Assembly: GCA_022843845.1 (NCBI GenBank)
Contig: JALHMW010000051.1
Coordinates: 1-13,563, forward strand
Direction of reading: 5' to 3'
Length of the DNA: 13,563 nucleotides
Source: Archangium sp.
Lineage (GTDB): Bacteria > Myxococcota > Myxococcia > Myxococcales > Myxococcaceae
Positions 1-5,560 of this stretch are shown in pieces (the first letter of the stretch is position 1; the number at the start of each line of letters is the position of its first letter). The notes beneath the pieces were generated by a model that saw only the letters and a list, made by a program, of their open reading frames with translations, was not told where the DNA came from and did not search any database. The translations under genes and the position numbers were made by a program.

Positions 1-355
1 GCCGATTCGGAGCACGATCGGTCGATGAATATGTTGAGTCGTCGTCAGCGATCCCCGAGGGAGAACACCGCCCCGAAGCCGCTCGACTCCCCATACTCGC
101 CGCCTCCACATAAGGCTTCGACGAGGAGCCGCTCGGCCGACCGACGACCTCCACGTACTTCGCGCGCAGCTCTTCGACCGAGAGTTCCTTGAAGCGACCG
201 CGCGGCTTCGCTTCGGCCTTCTTTGCGAGCGCCTCGTCGATGCGACGAATGAGGAACTTCCGGTTGGGGCTCTTCGTCGCCTCGCCCACGACTTCCTTGA
301 AGCGCGCCTGGAGATCAGGGAGTCGCAGCGCGTCCAGCTTGTCCTTCGTTGCCAT
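1..355 (-). CDS. Partial ORF running off the left edge: DUF2924-like / HeH (SAP-like) motif protein
   Basis: Absent from the ORF track because it has no stop in the window. ATG at 355-353 is preceded by GAGGTGA 6 nt upstream. The translation is MATKDKLDALRLPDLQARFKEVVGEATKSPNRKFLIRRIDEALAKKAEAKPRGRFKELSVEELRAKYVEVVGRPSGSS... It has two copies of an L-x-x-L-[QR]-A-[RK]-[FY]-x-E-V-V-G motif that I associate from memory with DUF2924 proteins. Codon bias weakens below about position 110, so the 3' part and its frame are uncertain. Confidence 0.45.
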   Translation of the reverse strand, partial: MATKDKLDALRLPDLQARFKEVVGEATKSPNRKFLIRRIDEALAKKAEAKPRGRFKELSVEELRAKYVEVVGRPSGSSSKPYVEAASMGSRAASGRCSPSGIADDDSTYSSTDRAPNR

Positions 356-431
356 GTGCATCACCTCATCGGGCGCTGGGTACACGTCTCCCTCGGGCAC
401 GGGCCCGTTCGCAGCCGAGGGTGTTGGGGAA

Positions 432-602
432 TCACTTCGTGGAAGTCGTCACGGATGCGGCGCCGGCTCGGTACGCGGCCTCGAGCGCCTTCTTCACCTG
501 CCACACCGCGACGTCGTGGAAGTCGAGCGAGTCCATCTTGCGCGTCTCGAGCGTCTCGATGCTCAGCACCTTCTTCGCGATGTCGGCGAGGGTCTCGTTC
601 AT
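432..602 (-). CDS. Small hypothetical protein (56 aa)
   Basis: Hand-translated; it is below the ORF-track size cutoff. MNETLADIAKKVLSIETLETRKMDSLDFHDVAVWQVKKALEAAYRAGAASVTTSTK. ATG at 602-600 overlaps the TGA (601-599) of the upstream gene as ATGA, and GAGGAAG lies 7 nt upstream. The '(T)LETR..DSLDFH.V.VW..K.ALE.AY' pattern resembles a small domain seen in mobile-element proteins; this is from memory and unverified. Confidence 0.55.
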   Translation of the reverse strand: MNETLADIAKKVLSIETLETRKMDSLDFHDVAVWQVKKALEAAYRAGAASVTTSTK

Positions 603-865
603 CGGTGCTTCCTCGCCAGGCGGAACGGCGTCTTTGAGCCGTACCGAAGCTGCTGCCCCTCAACGAGGAAGACGTCGGTGGGCGGGAGGTCGCTGCTCGA
701 CGCCTTCGCCTCGGCGTTGCCTTCCTCGTCGGGCTCGTCACACTCGGCGCGCGTCACCACGCCGGAGAGCTCAATCTCGAACGGCCAGTTGGGCTGCGAC
801 GCGATGAGGACCTGCGCGTTGGGCTCGAGTTCCTTCAAGACAGCAATCAATTCCTTCACCTTCAT
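599..865 (-). CDS. Hypothetical small protein (88 aa)
   Basis: Internal ATG (865-863) of track ORF 599..1342, with GGAG 8 nt upstream. MKVKELIAVLKELEPNAQVLIASQPNWPFEIELSGVV... has normal composition, whereas the upstream part of the long ORF is Arg/Pro-rich junk that overlaps the real 979..1383 gene. The stop overlaps the next start (ATGA). Confidence 0.6.
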   Translation of the reverse strand: MKVKELIAVLKELEPNAQVLIASQPNWPFEIELSGVVTRAECDEPDEEGNAEAKASSSDLPPTDVFLVEGQQLRYGSKTPFRLARKHR

Positions 866-978
866 GTTTCGGCTCCACCCGGGTGGTGACCTTCTGGGCG
901 CCCGGCTCGCAAAGCCATACATCCTTCTTTTTAAACACAGCTCAAGTCGAAGAAGCGATGGCAACGTCGAATGATGCG

Positions 979-1383
979 TCAGTCGGCCGGGTCGAGCTTT
1001 TCGAAGGGCTGAGCGAGGAGCTTCAGCCCATCGGGGAAGAACTCCTTCACGACGAGTGGGTCGGCGTCGGCCAGCGCCGGTGCTGCGAGTCGGGCATCGA
1101 AGCGCCCCTGCTTCACGAGCGAGGCGTGGAGTTGGTCGACGAGCAGCCGATGGAGGTCTCCGTAGCTCTTCGGCGCTGAAGTAGGAGCGGCCGCCGAGCG
1201 AATGAGGAACTCCTCTGCCTTGCACTTGGGACACGGCGGCAGGCGCACGACGCGGCCATCGAGGTCGTCGGCGACGATGCTCCCCACGCCAAGCGAGAGC
1301 GTCGCCAGCTTCGAGCGCGTCGCCGTCTGGCACATCGAGCACCGCTGGAGCACTTCTTCGCTGCTGAGCTCTTCGATGGGCAT
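979..1383 (-). CDS. Zinc-ribbon protein (134 aa), candidate tail-fibre assembly/accessory protein
   Basis: ATG at 1383 lies 7 nt after the fibre stop (TGAGGTCCGCATG, with GAGG serving as the RBS). It has two Cys pairs, CSMC (res 15-18) and CPKC (res 51-54), typical of a 4-Cys zinc ribbon, and balanced composition. The position directly after the fibre gene matches where P2/Mu-type modules carry a fibre chaperone. I recognise no similarity to the Tfa/gpG family. Confidence 0.6.
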   Translation of the reverse strand: MPIEELSSEEVLQRCSMCQTATRSKLATLSLGVGSIVADDLDGRVVRLPPCPKCKAEEFLIRSAAAPTSAPKSYGDLHRLLVDQLHASLVKQGRFDARLAAPALADADPLVVKEFFPDGLKLLAQPFEKLDPAD

Positions 1384-1390
1384 GCGGACC

Positions 1391-3286
1391 TCACGCGATG
1401 GCGGTGTAGTCGCCGTACCAGTACGACCAGTTGCTGCTGCCGACGTTGGCGTTGATGGTGAATGCGAAGCCGTCGCGGGTGACGTTCTGGACGACGGTGT
1501 TGGGCACTCCCCCGCTCGCGTCGCGCACGGCGAGGGTGATGGAGGACGGCGCCGCAGGAAACCGGCTGCGGAAGTTCACGACGTTGCCGAGCATCATGAA
1601 CTGCGAGGCGCCGGTGGGGTTGTACATCTTCGCGCCGCAGTAGCCGGTCTCCCGAACGGTGCCGCTGAGCTCGAAGGCAGAGTTCACCACGTTGCTGTCG
1701 ATGGGCAGTCTCCAGGTGCGCGTCCACAGCGAGAACTGCGTCGCGGGCGTTCCTTCGTGGACGAGCTCAAAGGTGTTTCGGCTCAGCCTCAGAGCGGCCG
1801 CGTTGCCTGTCGCCTGCTTCACCCACATGGTGCCGTTCCAGCTCGCATTCATGGTGAGCCAAAGCGAGTCACCGTCGAGGTAGACGCGGAAGCGCGCGAC
1901 GCCAGCGCCGGTGCCCTGCGCGTCCCAGAGGAGCGCCTTCGTGCTCCCGCTGAATGGCGGCTGGCGAATGGTGCGGTGCATGCCGGCGGGAACGGCTTCG
2001 TTGGCGCGGAAGTGGTCGGCCCCGGCGATGGCCATCAGCTCGGCGAGCGCCTCCTCGGTGTTCCCTGCGTTGAGACGATTCGCCGCGTCCAGCACGGTGA
2101 TGGTGCTGGCCGGGTGTGCTGCGAAGAGCTCGTTGAGGTGCGAGTTGTGGGCGGTGAGCAGGTCGAAGAGCTGACCGGCCACAGTCTTCGCGGCGAGTGC
2201 GACGGGCGCACCGACGAAGGGCATCGAGCCAACACGAGTGGCTCCGGCCGCAGCGACGGTCTGGTCGGCGAGCGCTATCACCAGGCTCTGGAGCTGCGCC
2301 TGAACGCTCGTTGTCGTGATGTAGCTGTGCGGCGTGGCAGAGATGGCGCTGGCCGCGTGCGCATCTGAGACGGCGGCCACGTGGCTGTTGAGCAGCCCGA
2401 GCAACGCTCCGAGCTGGGTGGCGACCGTGCCTGGCGCGAGCGGGTTCGGATTGCCTGGGACTCCTCCGGCACCGACTGCCGCAGAGCCACCCGCTCCGGC
2501 GAGATCGTCGACCAGCTCGTCGATGGCGCCTTGCACCGTGTTCGCCGCCACCATTCCGTGGGGCGCGTAGTCGACCTTGGTCGCGGCGTGCCGGTGTGCC
2601 GTGCCGTCGAAGTGGTCGGTCAGCACGGCATCGATGGCGTCGAGCGCTGCCTGCACGGTGGGGTTGCCCGGCGTCAGAGAGTTCCAGCCCACCGTGGTGA
2701 TGCCGACCGAGCTGCCTTGCACGAAGACGAACGCCTGCCGTCGCGAGGTGTCGATGTCGGTGGTGACGATCTGCGTCTGCCCAGGCCGACGGCGCACGTC
2801 ACACAGGAGCAGCTCATCAGGCTGCAGCGCCATCTTCGGCGCGGCTCCAGCGGCTCCCTCCGCCGCCTGACGCACCACGAGCTCGAAGGACTCATCTCGG
2901 CGGAAGAAGACCTGCTGCGAGTTGCCGTCCGTGCGCGGGTCGGAGAGCAGTCGCTTGAAGCGGAGGAACACTCCAAGCCAACGCTCGTTGCCGGCGGTCG
3001 AGACATCGGTGGGAATACCCGAGAGGTCGTTCGAGCAGTCGACCGTCTGGCCGGTGCCGAAGAACAGCCGCTGACCCAGGTTGTCGTACGCGCGCGCGGG
3101 CGCGGTGAAGTCGACAGAGAGGTCCGGCACTGGCGAGTGCGGAGAAGGCACGCCACCCGAGACGACGCCGTAGATGCGCAAGTCGGCCGCGAGGTTGTGG
3201 AGCGCCTTCTCGAGAAGGCTGAAGCCGAGGTCGAGCTCGGCCTCAGTGACGCGCTGCCGGAAGTAGTAGTCGAGCCTGTCGGCCAT
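1391..3286 (-). CDS. Tail fibre protein (631 aa) with repeat shaft and H-type-lectin-like C-terminal tip
   Basis: Track ORF 1391..3370, trimmed to ATG 3286 (MADRLDYYFRQRVTEAELDL...) because the 5' extension overlaps the tRNA gene. The middle carries three degenerate ~55-80 aa repeats with 'TVxxxLxxL...H....AHxA(S/T)xI......(N)TVQxAxxEL' signatures common in phage fibres. The C-terminus 'VNFRSRFPAAPSSITLAV...VVQNVTRDGFAFTINA...WSYWYGDYTAIA' resembles an H-type lectin domain. Confidence 0.85.
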   Translation of the reverse strand: MADRLDYYFRQRVTEAELDLGFSLLEKALHNLAADLRIYGVVSGGVPSPHSPVPDLSVDFTAPARAYDNLGQRLFFGTGQTVDCSNDLSGIPTDVSTAGNERWLGVFLRFKRLLSDPRTDGNSQQVFFRRDESFELVVRQAAEGAAGAAPKMALQPDELLLCDVRRRPGQTQIVTTDIDTSRRQAFVFVQGSSVGITTVGWNSLTPGNPTVQAALDAIDAVLTDHFDGTAHRHAATKVDYAPHGMVAANTVQGAIDELVDDLAGAGGSAAVGAGGVPGNPNPLAPGTVATQLGALLGLLNSHVAAVSDAHAASAISATPHSYITTTSVQAQLQSLVIALADQTVAAAGATRVGSMPFVGAPVALAAKTVAGQLFDLLTAHNSHLNELFAAHPASTITVLDAANRLNAGNTEEALAELMAIAGADHFRANEAVPAGMHRTIRQPPFSGSTKALLWDAQGTGAGVARFRVYLDGDSLWLTMNASWNGTMWVKQATGNAAALRLSRNTFELVHEGTPATQFSLWTRTWRLPIDSNVVNSAFELSGTVRETGYCGAKMYNPTGASQFMMLGNVVNFRSRFPAAPSSITLAVRDASGGVPNTVVQNVTRDGFAFTINANVGSSNWSYWYGDYTAIA

Positions 3287-3343
3287 GCGCGTGGTTCCAA
3301 AGCGCCGAGCGCGGGCCGAAGGGGACTGGTGGAAGTCTGGGAG

Positions 3344-3419
3344 TGACCCCGGCGGGACTTGAACCCGCAACCTCCCGGGTCATTACTCCGGGCGCTCTGC
3401 CAATTGGAGCTACGGAGCC
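3344..3419 (-). tRNA. tRNA gene with non-canonical anticodon arm (5-bp stem, 9-nt loop AGUAAUGAC); isotype unresolved (AAU/Ile if read as a 7-nt loop, or four-base AAUG)
   Basis: Minus-strand RNA: GGCUCCG UA GCUC CAAUUGGCA GAGC G CCCGG AGUAAUGAC CCGGG AGGUU GCGGG UUCAAGU CCCGC CGGGGUC A. The acceptor stem pairs fully with two G-U pairs, the T arm is canonical (UUCAAGU), the variable loop is 5 nt and the D loop has GG. No CCA follows the discriminator directly (the next bases are CUCCCA). The D loop has one extra C and the anticodon loop has two extra nt. Confidence 0.7.
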
Positions 3420-3432
3420 TTCAGCGACGACC

Positions 3433-3798
3433 TTACCCAGTCGTCGGCGCGGCGGGCTGGTCGACGACTTGTTCCTCGACGAGGAACGACTCCATCCAGC
3501 CATCGACTGAACGCACCAGCGCTTCCTGCGTGGCGATGTCGGTTGTCGCGTGCGCCTGCACGTACGCTCGCCCCGACACGCTTCGCACGCACCAGAGGTG
3601 ACCCGTGGTGTGGAGCTTCCCCTTGAGATGCCGGCGCAGGCAGTACAGCCGCGTGACCTCCGCCTTTGCGAGCAGCAGCGGCGCGTAGTCGAACGACTCT
3701 CCCGGCTCGCGGGGTTGACGACGCTGCTTCTTGAACTGCTTGAGTTCGGCTTCGAAGCGCACGAGCGCCTCGCGCCATCGAGTGAGGTCGAGCTTCAT
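3433..3798 (-). CDS. Hypothetical protein (121 aa)
   Basis: Internal ATG 3798 of track ORF 3433..3921, with AGGAG 7 nt upstream. The start overlaps the stop of the upstream PTH2-like ORF as ATGA. MKLDLTRWREALVRFEAELKQFKKQRRQPREPGESFDYAPLLLAKAEVTRLYCLRRHLKGKLH... I recognise no family. It ends (TAA) 13 nt before the tRNA 5' end. Confidence 0.65.
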   Translation of the reverse strand: MKLDLTRWREALVRFEAELKQFKKQRRQPREPGESFDYAPLLLAKAEVTRLYCLRRHLKGKLHTTGHLWCVRSVSGRAYVQAHATTDIATQEALVRSVDGWMESFLVEEQVVDQPAAPTTG

Positions 3799-4181
3799 CG
3801 TGGTTCTCCTGTGGTGTGGTTGAGGGACGGTCCGGCCAACCGCAGGCGTGAAAGCAACCTGCGGAGCTCGGGGGACCGCCGAAGCGGGCGGAGGCCAATG
3901 GCCATCAACGCGCCACTCCACGGCGGATCGGGTTCTCGAATGGCGATGAAGGAGACCGCAGCGCCGGCGAGGAGCACTTCGAGACGCAGCAACTCCGCTT
4001 CGGAGTCGGCGTGAAGCGCGATCGCGCGGGTCGCTGGCGGGAGACTGCCGGGGGAAGACTCCCCCGCGGCGTGGATCAGCTGTGCGAGCTGAACGCCAAG
4101 GGGAACGTCACTGCGAACAATACAGTAGTGGTGGAGCGGCGAATCAGCTGCAGCAATGTCGGCGGCAATGTTCTGCGCGGC
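3795..4181 (-). CDS. PTH2 (peptidyl-tRNA hydrolase 2)-fold-like protein; no canonical start in frame, apparent +1 frameshift relative to a short leader ORF (4197/4185..4144)
   Basis: Hand translation of the open frame after the in-frame TGA (4184-4182): AAQNIAADIAAADSPLHHYCIVRSDVPLGVQLAQLIHAAGES...TRAIALHADSEAELLRLEVLLAGAAVSFIAIREPDPPWSGALMAIGLRPLRRSPELRRLLSRLRL... This aligns by eye with archaeal/eukaryotic-type Pth2 (vvIRnDLgMGkGKmvAQ..HA ... v.seeEL..l...A...gl....I.DaG.T....g..T.vaiGP......i...LkLl). The DAGxT motif is replaced by EPDPP. The first ATG/GTG/TTG in this frame is the TTG at 3992, after the conserved N-terminal strand. ATGs at 4197 and 4185 are in the -1-offset frame and encode M(ISNM)SRAEHCRRHCCS*. 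Confidence 0.55.
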   Translation of the reverse strand, partial: AAQNIAADIAAADSPLHHYCIVRSDVPLGVQLAQLIHAAGESSPGSLPPATRAIALHADSEAELLRLEVLLAGAAVSFIAIREPDPPWSGALMAIGLRPLRRSPELRRLLSRLRLAGPSLNHTTGEPR

Positions 4182-4246
4182 TCATGTTCGAAATCATAAC
4201 CAACACCACCGACGCCGCAAGGTGGGAGGACTGACTGAAAACAGCG

Positions 4247-5299
4247 CTACGCCGCGCGGACGTGCCGACCGGGCGGTCCCGACAGGTACTCGAGCCAGCG
4301 CCGCGCGGCGTCCTCGGTGAAACACGAGAGCGCTGCGAGCCCGTCGTCTGCTGCGTCGGGGCACGAGAGCAGCGCCCCTCCGATGCGCACGATGTCGTCG
4401 AGGCGGTCGGGGTCGGCCTTCCAGTAGTCGGGCGCCCACTCGATGCTGGGGCTCACCACCGAGGGGACTCCTTCTGCGACCGCGTCGGCCGTCGTGACGT
4501 TGAAGGTCTCGGTCATCGAGACCTGGAGGCAGAGGTCCATTCCGCTGACGGTTCGCCGGAAGCTGGCCCAGTCCTGCCACGGGTGCTCGACGAGCCGTGC
4601 CCAGCGGAGGCCGGTGAACATCTTCCGGAGCGCGTCGAGCACCGCGCCTCCGCCCATCGTGTCGTTCTCGACCGACACCGAGAACTCGAGGTCGCAGTCA
4701 CGCTTGCGAGCGAGCATGAGCGCCGCGGCGGCCGCCGTCGTGTGGTTCTTGAGGAGCCGGAGCGCGCCGAAGCTGCCCACGCGGAGGAGTCGGTGCGCGT
4801 GCTCACGCCCTCGGCGCCGGTGCACCCGCTCGAGGTCGTAGAGGTTCGGGAGGTGGAGCGTGTGGCCGCCGTACGCGGTCTCGAAGAAGTGCTTCAGCTC
4901 GAGGCCGTTCGCCGCGACGGTGAGGTTGAGGAAGTTCTCCTGCAGGACCAGCAGTTCGCGGAGCAGCTGAATCGCCGACGGCTCGACCTGGAGGAAGGCG
5001 ATCTGCGAGTGGCTCCGCACGAGGAAGTGCACGTGAGGGAACGCGTGCAGCAGTTCGATCATCGGCGCACGGCTGACCCACGGCGCCTCGAGCACGCAGT
5101 GAGTCACGGTCGGTCGCGCGGCGAGCGCCTTGTGCACGTCCGGTGGTTCAGCTGCGGGAGTCGCGTCCACCTCGATTCCCGCGCGACGCAGCACACGAAC
5201 CGAGTGGAGCGCGTTGACGCCAAGGCCGATTGCGCTGCCAAACGTCGTCGCCCGCGAGAGGTTCCGGTAGATCAACAGCAGATTCGTTTCCGTAGCCAC
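4247..5299 (-). CDS. GT-B fold (GT4/GT1-like) glycosyltransferase
   Basis: Track ORF 4247..5482 begins with TTG and a low-complexity 60-aa stretch. I prefer GTG 5299 (VATETNLLLIYRN...), which starts directly on a beta strand as in GT-B enzymes. Alternative starts are TTG 5317, GTG 5407 and TTG 5482. The C-terminal domain motif 'LCLQVSMTETFNVTTADAVAEGVPSVVSPSIEW' fits the E-x7-E style nucleotide-sugar binding region of retaining GT-B enzymes. Confidence 0.55.
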   Translation of the reverse strand: MATETNLLLIYRNLSRATTFGSAIGLGVNALHSVRVLRRAGIEVDATPAAEPPDVHKALAARPTVTHCVLEAPWVSRAPMIELLHAFPHVHFLVRSHSQIAFLQVEPSAIQLLRELLVLQENFLNLTVAANGLELKHFFETAYGGHTLHLPNLYDLERVHRRRGREHAHRLLRVGSFGALRLLKNHTTAAAAALMLARKRDCDLEFSVSVENDTMGGGAVLDALRKMFTGLRWARLVEHPWQDWASFRRTVSGMDLCLQVSMTETFNVTTADAVAEGVPSVVSPSIEWAPDYWKADPDRLDDIVRIGGALLSCPDAADDGLAALSCFTEDAARRWLEYLSGPPGRHVRAA

Positions 5300-5560
5300 G
5301 CGCTCTTCAGAGCCCAAGTGGAGGGGAGAGGGGGACGCGGCCAGAATGAACTCCGAAAGGAGACCACGCGATTCGAAAGTGCGTCGAGGCAGGTTCGACT
5401 GCTGCACGTTCGAGGTGGCGTTGACCGAGTGGGAACGAGCGGTCTTTACGACATCAGGACGAAGACGTAGGGCCCACCACAAACTCCTCTATTTGTTGAC
5501 CCAATGCTGAACTCAACGAGAACTATAGCAGCGTAACTTGGCGCTATCCTCAGAGGCATC
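5300..5560. promoter_or_regulatory. Divergent intergenic/leader region between the glycosyltransferase array and the TIGR02996 gene; locally AT-richer
   Basis: It holds the lowest-GC stretch of the window (5485-5560: ctcctctatttgttgacccaatgctgaactcaacgagaactatagcagcgtaacttgg) and iterated GTTCGA-like hexamers at 5371-5425. I could not define a convincing -35/-10 pair. Confidence 0.3.

Noticed and set aside
875-886. Perfect 12-bp palindrome CCACCCGGGTGG just upstream of the 88-aa ORF start, next to an AT-rich patch (ttctttttaaacacag).
   Set aside because: It is short, overlaps the SD region, and GC-rich palindromes containing a SmaI/XmaI-type core are frequent by chance in such DNA. There is no second copy to suggest an operator.
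3287-3370. N-terminal extension of the fibre ORF (track start 3370, MRVQVPPGSLPDFHQSPSARARRFGTTR...).
   Set aside because: The extension runs through the tRNA gene (3344..3419) and has junk-like composition. The internal ATG 3286 gives a typical fibre N-terminus.
3344-3419. The tRNA as a prophage attachment site (attL/attR).
   Set aside because: I could find no second copy of the tRNA 3' half (for example ggcgggacttgaaccc or its complement) anywhere else in the window, and tail genes lie on both sides of the tRNA. It cannot be excluded for repeats outside the window.
4144-4185. prfB-type programmed +1 slippage (slippery codon plus an in-frame stop) as the explanation for the PTH2-like frame offset.
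   Set aside because: The leader ends ...UGC AGC UGA U. The P-site codon AGC cannot re-pair in the +1 frame (GCU), and no upstream SD-like stimulator at the right distance is evident.
5496-5529. Sigma-70-like promoter TTGACC (5496-5501) ... TATAGC (5524-5529) for the TIGR02996 gene.
   Set aside because: The spacer is 22 nt, too long for a functional -35/-10 pair, and promoter consensus in this lineage is uncertain.
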